From Candidatus Caldarchaeum sp. (GTDB taxonomy: Archaea; Thermoproteota; Nitrososphaeria_A; Caldarchaeales; Caldarchaeaceae): a stretch of 64,000 bases of DNA. The first letter of the stretch is position 1; every line of letters starts with the position of its first letter. Positions 9,537 through 18,133 of the stretch are shown here, piece by piece. Under the pieces are notes generated by a model. It did no database searches. It was not told where the DNA came from and saw nothing but the letters and a program-made list of their open reading frames with translations. The position numbers and the translations under genes are program-made. The stretch is from assembly GCA_038885755.1 (NCBI GenBank), contig JAVZZH010000002.1, forward strand, positions 160,001 through 224,000, read 5' to 3'.

Positions 9537-9996
9537 ACCACCCTTCAACCCTCCAGAGAGACTAGAAACTCCTTCACAGCTTCCCAGTCTCTGTCCTCGA
9601 AGGCTTCGCTGAGCCTGAAAAACCACTGGTATTCGGGGAGCTTGACAACTCCCAGATAGCTTAGGAGAATAAGCGTGAACAAGGCTTTTGAGACGTTGCG
9701 CAACGCCTGCTTCTTGGTCCTCACGAACGATCCTTTCGTGACGCCGCGTAGCGCGGCTCGCTGTTCGGCTGTTAGCATCACGCCATCACGTTGCGACATC
9801 ACGTCGAATACAAGGGTTTCCGCCTGTTTCTTGGTTAGGCTGGATTTCTTAACTAGTTCTTGGAAGACCTTGTCTTCGGCTATTTTACGTATTGTCTCGG
9901 CGATTTTTTCGCCGTCGGGGATTTTCCTGTCCAACTCCTTCCACGGAATACAGTTTTGTAAACCGCGGTATATTTGCATCACGCCGCATCACGCCG
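9269..9996. repeat. Cluster of GTGATATCAC-like decamers, several in 10-bp tandem phase
   Basis: TGATATCAC at 9269 and 9279; GTGAT at 9410 and 9420; perfect GTGATATCAC at 9439; GTGACGCCGC at 9738; CATCACG at 9776, 9784 and 9797; GCATCACGCC at 9976 and 9986. Confidence 0.75.
9545..9934 (-). CDS. Helical hypothetical protein, possibly HTH-like (ORF open to 9982)
   Basis: SSLTKKQAETL...RAALRGVTKGSFVRTKKQALRNVSKALFTLILLSYLG resembles a sigma70-region-4/Tfx-like HTH followed by a hydrophobic helix; co-oriented with the wHTH gene. Confidence 0.7.
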   Translation of the reverse strand: MDRKIPDGEKIAETIRKIAEDKVFQELVKKSSLTKKQAETLVFDVMSQRDGVMLTAEQRAALRGVTKGSFVRTKKQALRNVSKALFTLILLSYLGVVKLPEYQWFFRLSEAFEDRDWEAVKEFLVSLEG

Positions 9997-10066
9997 GGAA
10001 CACCTACAGCAGAGATCTCTAAGTAATACGCCAACTATTAATAACGAGCTGATCTCTTCCTGTGTC

Positions 10067-10447
10067 ATGGCTGTGGTTAAAAACGCCAGCAGCGTGGGTT
10101 CACAAGAGGTTGAGAAGGCCAAGCTCGCGTTCATCCAGTGGCTTATTGACTCGCGCGACGGCTCCAGCAACATTTACCTGAGAAAGTTCACGGTCAAGCC
10201 CGGCGGGGAGATTCCTTCTCACAGCCATCCGGACATGGAGCACGTTCAGTATGTGTTGCGGGGCGAGTATGAGGTTTCTCTGGATGGCGTGGTTCACAGA
10301 GTTAAGGCGGGCGATGTTCTCTTCATCCCAGCCAACACCGTCCACAGCTACAGGAACACAGGCGGCGAGGATGCGGAGTTTCTCTGCATAATAACAAGCA
10401 AGCCATACAGCACGATTTGGGGAGAAAAACCAGCTCCACGCTGTTGA
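10067..10447 (+). CDS. Cupin domain protein
   Basis: PSHSHPDMEHVQYVLRG and GDVLFIPANTVHSY cupin metal motifs. Confidence 0.9.
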   Translation: MAVVKNASSVGSQEVEKAKLAFIQWLIDSRDGSSNIYLRKFTVKPGGEIPSHSHPDMEHVQYVLRGEYEVSLDGVVHRVKAGDVLFIPANTVHSYRNTGGEDAEFLCIITSKPYSTIWGEKPAPRC

Positions 10448-10504
10448 GCAGCCGCCGTCTACCGGCGCTAATTATAAAAACACGCAGTCAACAATTGACT
10501 CAAA

Positions 10505-11869
10505 ATGGCTAGCGGAAAGGCCCTTTCAGCGACCATCATCTTTTTGCTGTTGATGTCGGTTCAAGCTCAGGAGACAGGTGTTCAGGTGGTTAGAGAGGCC
10601 TTGAGAAGCGACCTAGCTTACGCCCGAGGCCTCGTGGAAGACGACGGTAGGGTTTCTCGTGTCTTCGACCCCTCCGGTTCTCTGAGGGGGCACGTTCTTG
10701 TCGGCTCCATGGTTGCGATGATACACGTCGGCATGGGCGACCCCGAGTCTCTTGCCCTGCTCAACAGGCTGGCTGACAGCATTAACAGCAGAGTTGAGTC
10801 GGAGGACGGGTTGGACCTAGGTTTTGAAGCGGGGACTCTGCCGGACGCCGACAACTACCTCACTCATGTTCTGACGGCTGATTTTCTGTCGGCGCATTAT
10901 GGCCTTACAAGGAATGCGAGGAGCAGGGAAAACATGCTTAAGGTTGCCGAAAGCCTAGAGCAGCGGTTTGGCTGGACGCCGGCGTTGTCTAAAGCCGCAT
11001 ACCTCACGCTGTCCTCACGCGTCTCTTATCTCTCCGGCAGCAAGCCGCAGGCTGCAGACATGGAGACCGCTCTAAACGAATTCTCTACACACTTTATGGA
11101 CGTGATTAGTTTCTCGGCAAGAGGGTTCGAAGGTCTGACGACATCGCTTTACCAGCTCTCGCTGCTTTTGGATGCCGCTGCCAAGGCTGGGTTGACGGCT
11201 CCGGAGGAGCTTGCGGCGCTATGGGCTGTTCATGTAGACTATGTCGTCAACGCCTCCGAATCCGTTCCAATCACTCCTGAAAACTATCCGAGGCTTTTAG
11301 GGGCTTTGACCTCTTTGACGTATGCTTCGGAGGTCCGTGGATTTGCGAACTCGAGTCTTGCTGCGGAGCATGCTCTCCGGCTGGCCGGGCGTGTTTCGGC
11401 GATGTGGCGTTCAGGCGGTAGAATTCTTCTGTTGCCCGTGAATGTTTTCGATGTTTACCAGTTCGACCCTGTCGTGCCGGTGAGCGAGATGGTTGCCGAG
11501 GTTCAGAGGGGGGTTAGGCCTGTTATGGCTGACCTGAGGTTTCCGACGCTTCTGCTTGTTCTCGAAAGGTCTGCAGGGCTTACGTCTGAGCTTAAGGAGG
11601 TTGTGTCGTTGGCGGTCGGGAAAGTAGCTGTCGTGGACGGTTATTTTCCTCTGTTTGACAAGGGCGTGGTGAAGTCTGAGGAGTTCGTGAACAGGTGGTG
11701 GCGTGTCAGCCTGCTGTCGACTTACTTGGCTTTCATGCGCGCCCCAGCAGCCCTTCAACGAAACGCCACGGCGGAAATCTTCTTCGACTTACATCCCAGC
11801 TTCCTCGCCTTCCTGACCATACTGCTGGCAGCTGCCTTTCTCCGCAGAACGGGCATGCTGAGGTGGTAG
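10505..11869 (+). CDS. Secreted, membrane-anchored helical hypothetical protein
   Basis: Signal peptide (ALSATIIFLLLMSVQA), C-terminal TM plus basic tail, 454-aa ORF. Confidence 0.7.
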   Translation: MASGKALSATIIFLLLMSVQAQETGVQVVREALRSDLAYARGLVEDDGRVSRVFDPSGSLRGHVLVGSMVAMIHVGMGDPESLALLNRLADSINSRVESEDGLDLGFEAGTLPDADNYLTHVLTADFLSAHYGLTRNARSRENMLKVAESLEQRFGWTPALSKAAYLTLSSRVSYLSGSKPQAADMETALNEFSTHFMDVISFSARGFEGLTTSLYQLSLLLDAAAKAGLTAPEELAALWAVHVDYVVNASESVPITPENYPRLLGALTSLTYASEVRGFANSSLAAEHALRLAGRVSAMWRSGGRILLLPVNVFDVYQFDPVVPVSEMVAEVQRGVRPVMADLRFPTLLLVLERSAGLTSELKEVVSLAVGKVAVVDGYFPLFDKGVVKSEEFVNRWWRVSLLSTYLAFMRAPAALQRNATAEIFFDLHPSFLAFLTILLAAAFLRRTGMLRW

Positions 11870-11871
11870 GG

Positions 11872-13053
11872 GTGGCTGAGCCGTCGCCGAAAACAGGGGT
11901 CGCCGTCCTCTTCGCTGGAGCCTTGTTGTCCTCAGCTGGTTTTCTGATGGATTATGGTGCTTTGAGCGGCTGGTTCACGTTTCTCTCAGGCTGGTTCGCC
12001 AAGCTCGCCAACATTCTGCAGTTCGACATAGGGCCCGCCGCCATGGGTTTTGGTTTGGGCTGGCTTGTCAGCGGAATGAATCCCATGAGAAAATGGTATC
12101 TCTACGCTGTTGTTGCGGGTCTTCTGGTTTCCACCACTTCGTTCACGGCCTCGGTTTTTCTGCCTCTTGATGTTTACATCGTGTCCGCGTTGATTCTTTC
12201 CCTCACTTGGGCCGTGGGGCCCGCTCTCCTGACCTCAGGTGTTCTCGCCGCTATCGTTGTAAACAAACGCGTTTCGAAGCATGGTGTGAAGCCGTTGCCC
12301 AACCCGCATGAGGACCGGCTGGACGTAGTGGTCCTCCTCGGCCTCTACATCCCCCTGCTGCCCATAATGACTTCCCAAGCCTTCTACCTCAGATATCTCC
12401 TTCCAGCGGTTGTCGCGTGGGTTTTATGGCACTTCCTCGCAGACCGGTTGACGGTTTACCTTCTCGCCCGCCGGGCGAGGGGCAGCGTTCAGCTGGTCGC
12501 CGTAGAGCCTCCGTCGCCCGAGGAGACGACGCTCATGAACGTTGTTTCACGGTCATACTACCCCATGGCCTTCGGCATCGGAGTTACGACAACCGTCTCC
12601 AGCATCCTCGACCTCCTCAACATCCAGCTGTTCGGCGGAGACCCCTTCGCAGCAACAGCAGGAGCCGCGCTGGCCTCTATAGCAGCAATAGCCGCGGGCG
12701 CTCTCTACGTGGGCCCCGTCCTCTGGCTCTTCGAAGACCTCGGAATCAGAGAATTTGACAGAGCCAAGCGTGTAATGAAGCTTCCCGGAATCCACAGTCT
12801 GGCCGATGAGATGGTTGAGATATACACCTTCATCTTCTCGCCCATCGGGTTCACGTTCGCCGTGGCTGACGGAGACTTGCTTCTAGCCTTCGTCCTGCTC
12901 GGGCTTGTCTTCCACCTTCTCCTAACAATCTCCATGACAGCCACCTACCTCTACCTAAAGTTCTCAGCCAAATCTCATCTGCACAGCGTCTTGACTAGGC
13001 TGGCTGGTAAAGGCCTCATAAACACACCTCCTCCAAACGTGATGGGGGCTTGA
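11872..13053 (+). CDS. Multi-pass membrane hypothetical protein
   Basis: About 9-10 hydrophobic segments; GTG 11872 follows a GAGGTG SD-like sequence. Confidence 0.7.
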   Translation: MAEPSPKTGVAVLFAGALLSSAGFLMDYGALSGWFTFLSGWFAKLANILQFDIGPAAMGFGLGWLVSGMNPMRKWYLYAVVAGLLVSTTSFTASVFLPLDVYIVSALILSLTWAVGPALLTSGVLAAIVVNKRVSKHGVKPLPNPHEDRLDVVVLLGLYIPLLPIMTSQAFYLRYLLPAVVAWVLWHFLADRLTVYLLARRARGSVQLVAVEPPSPEETTLMNVVSRSYYPMAFGIGVTTTVSSILDLLNIQLFGGDPFAATAGAALASIAAIAAGALYVGPVLWLFEDLGIREFDRAKRVMKLPGIHSLADEMVEIYTFIFSPIGFTFAVADGDLLLAFVLLGLVFHLLLTISMTATYLYLKFSAKSHLHSVLTRLAGKGLINTPPPNVMGA

Positions 13054-13973
13054 CGCAGCTTCTATTCGAGGGCTGCTACGTGGTTGACGCGTTCGGCGAC
13101 ATTTACGCCGTCAAGGGCCTCGTCCACCCGCCTGGAAGGGTTTACGGTATTCCGAGGATTGTTGAGGGGGTCAAGGTCAAGGATTTCAGCCGGGCGTTTG
13201 ACTACGTTGTGCGGAAGAGGCCTGAGTATCTCTTCGACGACCCTTACACGGGAAGGGTTGTTGTGGCTGTTCCCGAAAGCATGATATCACGCAGGCTCCT
13301 TCCCTCGAGAACAATTAAGGGCCCTTCAAAGCATGTCGAGGCGGCGATGAAGCTGGCGGACCAGCTTGCCGGCTGCGGCGTCGAGTTCGGGTTCACAGGC
13401 TCCCTCCTGACAGGATACGTGGACGAAAAATCCGACGTCGACATGGTTGTTTACAGGGAGGGGAGAAAGGCCTACGAAGTGTTTAAGAAGCTGAGGTGTG
13501 AAGGTGCTACGAGGCCAGCGGCTGGCGAAAGCTTGGACAGGCTGCTGGAAAGCCGGAGGGACTCGGCGAGGGCTCTGGACATGATGGAGGCGGAGAGACG
13601 TAAAGTTTTGACAGGGGTGTTCGACGACCTCCTTTACACCGTTAAGATTGTTCCCGAAAGCTTCTGGGAGACATGGCAGGACACTAGGTGTGAACCGGTC
13701 CAGCAGTATGAATGCGTGGTTGAGGTTGTTGACGACTCGAATGCTTTCTATACGCCGGGCAGGTATGGAGTAAGGGTTGTTGACGGGGACGACGTCGGAC
13801 GCGACGTAAGGGAGATGATTTTCTTCAGAAGCAGGTTCGCCGAAATGGCTGCAGCCGGCGACGTTTTAAAAGTCAGGGCTTTGCTCGAAAAAGTCTCAAC
13901 AAACACAGGTTCTTATCTAAGGCTTAACGTCGGAGTCAACCGGGAGGACTACATTCTCAGGTGGCAGGTCTGA
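13050..13973 (+). CDS. COG1665-like predicted nucleotidyltransferase (paralog 1)
   Basis: AVKGLVHPPGR, FGFTGSLL...SDVDMVVY (Pol-beta GS..DxD), FYTPGRY, C-terminal OB-like region. Confidence 0.75.
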   Translation: MTQLLFEGCYVVDAFGDIYAVKGLVHPPGRVYGIPRIVEGVKVKDFSRAFDYVVRKRPEYLFDDPYTGRVVVAVPESMISRRLLPSRTIKGPSKHVEAAMKLADQLAGCGVEFGFTGSLLTGYVDEKSDVDMVVYREGRKAYEVFKKLRCEGATRPAAGESLDRLLESRRDSARALDMMEAERRKVLTGVFDDLLYTVKIVPESFWETWQDTRCEPVQQYECVVEVVDDSNAFYTPGRYGVRVVDGDDVGRDVREMIFFRSRFAEMAAAGDVLKVRALLEKVSTNTGSYLRLNVGVNREDYILRWQV

Positions 13974-15001
13974 AGAAGCTGAGGGATGAGAGACACGTGT
14001 ACAGGGACCATGACTTCGTCGAGACCGTTGACGGCTGGTTGTTTGGAGTGGTCTCCGACATACATCCACCCGGCCGCATTCTCTCCTACCTCAAATACGT
14101 ACCGGGTGAAGGTGTGTGGTCCCGTGGAGGTGTTGCCTACAGGAGGGTTTTAACCAGCTACACAACCCGTGAGCTGGCTCAGGTTCTTGACATGGTTCGC
14201 CGAGCAAGGCCCCAGTACATCTACCACGACCCTATGACAGGAGAGGACTTCACCTACGTGCCGGCCGAACTGGTCAAAAAACACTACCGATGCGAGGAAA
14301 AGCTGCAGCAGATTCTACGCAGCCCGTCGACGACGCTCGAGGGGACGTGTGCAAAGCTGGTCGGGAAGCTTTCCGCGAGGTCGGGTGTTGAGACATGTTT
14401 CTTCGGTGTTTCAGGCTCTTTACTCCTCGGGCTGCACAACCCGGCAGCCGACATAGACTTGGTTGTTTACGGTGGACGGAACTTCAGAAGAGTTGTCGAC
14501 GCCGCCCAACACACACAGACTGCTCAGCACGTAAGCGAGATGAGAAAAATGCTCGTGCGAAACTTCCTGAAAAAGTATCCGCTTGCTGTGGATGATGCGG
14601 AAAGGCTTGCGGCGAGATGTTTGACTCGCGGGTTTTTCGACGGAGTTCCTTTCTCCCTGCATGCGGTACGGCTTCTCGAAGAGATAACGTCGGGGTATGG
14701 CGCGCTTCGGTATAGCGATGCTGGAATCAGGAGGACAACCATGAGGGTTGTGAACGCTTCGGAGGGGGTTTTCACGCCAGCTGTTTACAGAGTTGAAGAC
14801 TTGGGCGGCGTGGGGGTGGAGAGGCTTCTCTGCTACGACACGACTTTCGCAGGCCTCTTCATGGAGGGAGACTTGGTCGAGGCCGTAGGCAAGCTGGAGA
14901 AAGTCCAAGACATCGCCGGCGGAGTAGATTACTACAGCCTTCTCGTTGGGTCTGTCAAGACAGCCGGAGTCGAGTACGTCAGGCTCTTAAAAACAGCTTA
15001 A
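13961..15001 (+). CDS. COG1665-like predicted nucleotidyltransferase (paralog 2)
   Basis: RDHDFVET, HPPGRILSYLKY, FGVSGSLLLG...ADIDLVVYG, FTPAVY and VEAVGKLEKV. Confidence 0.8.
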   Translation: MAGLKKLRDERHVYRDHDFVETVDGWLFGVVSDIHPPGRILSYLKYVPGEGVWSRGGVAYRRVLTSYTTRELAQVLDMVRRARPQYIYHDPMTGEDFTYVPAELVKKHYRCEEKLQQILRSPSTTLEGTCAKLVGKLSARSGVETCFFGVSGSLLLGLHNPAADIDLVVYGGRNFRRVVDAAQHTQTAQHVSEMRKMLVRNFLKKYPLAVDDAERLAARCLTRGFFDGVPFSLHAVRLLEEITSGYGALRYSDAGIRRTTMRVVNASEGVFTPAVYRVEDLGGVGVERLLCYDTTFAGLFMEGDLVEAVGKLEKVQDIAGGVDYYSLLVGSVKTAGVEYVRLLKTA

Positions 15002-16532
15002 CCCTGTCGCTGACCGCCTTCTGCACCCACGGAGGCGTCCAAAGCGCCATGGTCCGGACGTATCCGGGTTTGAGAGACCTCCTCACGGTCTCTAAGCTGC
15101 CTGCTCTAGCGTAGCCCTCCACGACGTCCGCCGCCAGCAAGCCTGCCTCCTCAGCGTCCAAGTAGTGGCCGGGGTAGAAGACGAGCTCCATTAAATCCCA
15201 AGCCGGGTCTCCGTCCGTGGAAGCCTGCTCGACATCCGTGACGAAAATCTCTCCCTCACTGGATTTTATGAACGACTCTGGCTTGCAGTCGCCCAGCCTC
15301 ACGCCTCTGCCGTGGATCTGGGCGAGGGTTTCGCCGACCTGCCTTGCGAAGAACCTCCGGTCCGGGCTTTTGCTGAGCCAAGCCGCGATGAGGTTCTGGC
15401 CTTCTACGTATGAAGTGTATAGGATTTTGCCGTTCCAGTTGACGTGGATTATCTCGGGAGTTCTGAACCCTAGGTTGCGTAGGTGGTTGAGGTAGTAGAT
15501 TTCCTTGGCCATGCGCGTGGAGGGGTTTATCGAGAAGTCTTTGACCCAGGCCGTCCAAAGCCTAGCGGCGACCCATTTCACGTCTGTCCAGCTCAGGTAG
15601 CGTTTGGCGAAGAGCTTGACGGAGTCGGCCTCTATGACGTAGGTGGAGTTGAAAAGTCCTCCAACCCGCCTAACCTTGGCCTCGACACCTCCATAAAACT
15701 CCCTCACAAAATCCAGCATGTCGAGCTGTTTCGACAGCGGCTGAAGCCCACGGGCCGTGGCTAGGTAGACGTACTGCTCAGGGTCGGGTAGGTGATGCGG
15801 ATGTGCTGGAAGACCTACGTCGAAGACGAGGAACGAGAAAGCCTTCGAGAGTTTGAGTATGTTGATCTTCTTCAACTGCTCCAGCCCGGTCAGGATGGGG
15901 ATGGTTCCGAAGTTTCGCACCGCATCCATGCTCAGCGCGTAGTATCCGTTCCTCCTAGCCAAAACGCCCTCGCCCACAAGCTTCTCAGCAGCCTCCTCAA
16001 ACCCCCTAACAGCATCGGTGCAGTTTCCGAGGACTTCGACGAGCTCGGCTCTCATCAACGGAAACACTTCAACGAGCCTCCTGAGCTTCTCGTACAGGAA
16101 GTACCGGACGTCGATTAAAAAGTTGGCGGCAGCAAGCTTATGCTCAGAGACGAGGTCTTTCAGCAGCTGCGTGATGACCTCCTTCTTGTAGGTTATTTCG
16201 AGGCTTCGGAGGAAGCTCTCTCCCCGGATGGGCTGGTACGGGGTTAGGAGCCTGTGGGCCAGCGTCTCTGCGTACGCTGCTTTGAGCACGTCGTCCTCGA
16301 AGGCTTTGGCGTCAACCATGTAGACCCTGTGGCCGTTGCTCCGCAGCACCCTGACACCCTGCCTAAGCCTTCTGAGAACCACGTGGAGCTCGGAGGTCTT
16401 CCCTAAATGGATGTAGAAGGCGGCCTCAACACCTTCAGCGGCTCCTCGGCCGGTCAAAACATCGTCAAGCCTTGGCAGCGACACCGCCTCTCGATACAGC
16501 AAGCCGTGGAAAAAGTGTTTCTCCCACGCCAA
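14979..16532 (-). CDS. Atypical kinase (Kdo/RIO/Bud32-like) with large N-terminal domain
   Basis: C-terminal kinase fold: FAKRY, E..YL, GFRTPEI, IHGRGVRLGDCKPESF, TDVEQ, AWDLME. Confidence 0.75.
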   Translation of the reverse strand: MAWEKHFFHGLLYREAVSLPRLDDVLTGRGAAEGVEAAFYIHLGKTSELHVVLRRLRQGVRVLRSNGHRVYMVDAKAFEDDVLKAAYAETLAHRLLTPYQPIRGESFLRSLEITYKKEVITQLLKDLVSEHKLAAANFLIDVRYFLYEKLRRLVEVFPLMRAELVEVLGNCTDAVRGFEEAAEKLVGEGVLARRNGYYALSMDAVRNFGTIPILTGLEQLKKINILKLSKAFSFLVFDVGLPAHPHHLPDPEQYVYLATARGLQPLSKQLDMLDFVREFYGGVEAKVRRVGGLFNSTYVIEADSVKLFAKRYLSWTDVKWVAARLWTAWVKDFSINPSTRMAKEIYYLNHLRNLGFRTPEIIHVNWNGKILYTSYVEGQNLIAAWLSKSPDRRFFARQVGETLAQIHGRGVRLGDCKPESFIKSSEGEIFVTDVEQASTDGDPAWDLMELVFYPGHYLDAEEAGLLAADVVEGYARAGSLETVRRSLKPGYVRTMALWTPPWVQKAVSDRVKLFLRA

Positions 16533-16568
16533 TACATTAAATTATCGCCCGTGAAATGTTGAAACAGT

Positions 16569-17903
16569 TTGAAGCCGGACGCCAGACTTCACACAAGGCT
16601 TGTTAGGCTTGCCCTGAGGCTAGGGGCTACGGACGCCGCCTTGTCGACTTACGAGACTTCCCGACAAATGATAAGGTTCGCGAACAACCGGATAACGGTT
16701 TCTAAGAGCGGGCTGGTCGAGACCGCTGAGATATACGTCAGCGTGAAAGGCAGGAGGGCGGTGCGTTCGACGACGGAGGTTTCGGAGAAGGCGTTGACGG
16801 AGATGGTTAAGCAGGCTGTCGCGACCGCTAAGGCTTCGCCCGAGCCTGATGTCTACGCACCTCTCCCCGAAGGGCCTTTCAAGTACGACAGGAGGCTTCT
16901 CAAGCCTTCGGCTGAGGCTCTGGCTCCCGAGAAGCTTGTCGAGTTTGTCGAGGCGGCTGTCAACGGTGGGCTTGAGAACGGCTGTCAACGGGTCGCCGGC
17001 AGCCTTGTCTACAGCCGCGGGAGAGTTAGGCTGACTACGAGCGGCGGGGTTGAGGCTGTGGCCTCGAGCACGGGACTGGAGGTTTCGGTGAGAGTTTTTG
17101 CAGCGGACGACGCCACGGGCCACTTCGTCTCGGTGGCGGCTGACAGCAGGGATTTCAAGCCGTACGAGGCGGGCTTGAGGGCGGGTGAGGTTGCGAAGAT
17201 GGCTCTCAACCCGGTTGAAGGCGAGGCGGGTGTTTACGAGGGGCTGCTTGGCCCGATGACCTTCGCCCACATCCTCGAGCAGGTTGGCACGTGGGCCTCG
17301 GCGTTCTACGTAGACGGAGAGATGTCCTTCCTCACAGGCTTGCTGGGCCAGAAAGCTGCCTCAGACATTTTGAGCCTGTGGGACGACCCTACGCTCGCGG
17401 GCAGCTATGGAGCAACGCCCTTCGACGCCGAAGGAGTTCCGACGAAGCGGAACACCATAATCGAGGACGGTGTTCTCAAGACCTATCTGCACAACAGCAC
17501 GACGGCGAAAAAGTTCAACACGTCAACCACCGCAAACGCAGGCCTCATAACCCCCCATCCGTTCAACCTCGTCTGCAAGACAGGAGACAAGCCGCTCGAC
17601 AAACTCGTCTCATCAATCGACAACGGTATATGGATAACCAACGACTGGTACCTCAGGTATCAAAACTACAGGACTGGAGAGTTTTCGACGATACCGAGGG
17701 ATGGGCTGTTCCTAGTCAGGAACGGGGGTGTTGAGGGGTCTTTGAAGGGCTTGAGGCTCAGCGACAACATCCTCAGCATCTTGAGAGGTGTTAGGGCCTT
17801 GGGGCGCGAAGGCTATTGGATTAAGTGGTGGGAGGTCGAGGTTCCTACATACTCTCCCGCAGCAGTGGTTGAGAAGCTCAACTTCACCAAGTCAGCGTTC
17901 TAA
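16569..17903 (+). CDS. TldD/PmbA family protein (PmbA/TldE-like, no HExxxH)
   Basis: IRFANN, DDPT, PFDAEGVPT, IIEDGVLKTYL, TANAG, GEFS; AHILEQV replaces HExxGH. Confidence 0.9.
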   Translation: MKPDARLHTRLVRLALRLGATDAALSTYETSRQMIRFANNRITVSKSGLVETAEIYVSVKGRRAVRSTTEVSEKALTEMVKQAVATAKASPEPDVYAPLPEGPFKYDRRLLKPSAEALAPEKLVEFVEAAVNGGLENGCQRVAGSLVYSRGRVRLTTSGGVEAVASSTGLEVSVRVFAADDATGHFVSVAADSRDFKPYEAGLRAGEVAKMALNPVEGEAGVYEGLLGPMTFAHILEQVGTWASAFYVDGEMSFLTGLLGQKAASDILSLWDDPTLAGSYGATPFDAEGVPTKRNTIIEDGVLKTYLHNSTTAKKFNTSTTANAGLITPHPFNLVCKTGDKPLDKLVSSIDNGIWITNDWYLRYQNYRTGEFSTIPRDGLFLVRNGGVEGSLKGLRLSDNILSILRGVRALGREGYWIKWWEVEVPTYSPAAVVEKLNFTKSAF

Positions 17904-18133
17904 ACCCCAATCCTCCCCACAGCCCTTCACGTTCTCTCTAGAAAACCCCACGTCGATGACGGCTGGCAAAAGCTAGCTGTCAACACCGACGTACACAATC
18001 ATCTCATCGCGTCTAAAGCTGAAGACACCTATCTTCAAGACCTTTAGCCGTGTTTGCCTGTTCGAGAACAACCGAGGCCGTTGACTCCTTCAACCTCGCA
18101 TGCAGAAGCGGTGTTTTCCCGACCCGCTTACCC

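Noticed and set aside
16569-17903. TldD/E peptide-maturation (RiPP) cluster
   Set aside because: Only the non-catalytic-type subunit is present, with no TldD, YcaO or precursor peptide nearby.
17904-18133. Gap between pmbA-like gene and purB as possible ncRNA or gene remnant
   Set aside because: No C/D boxes, stable long stem or recognisable peptide.
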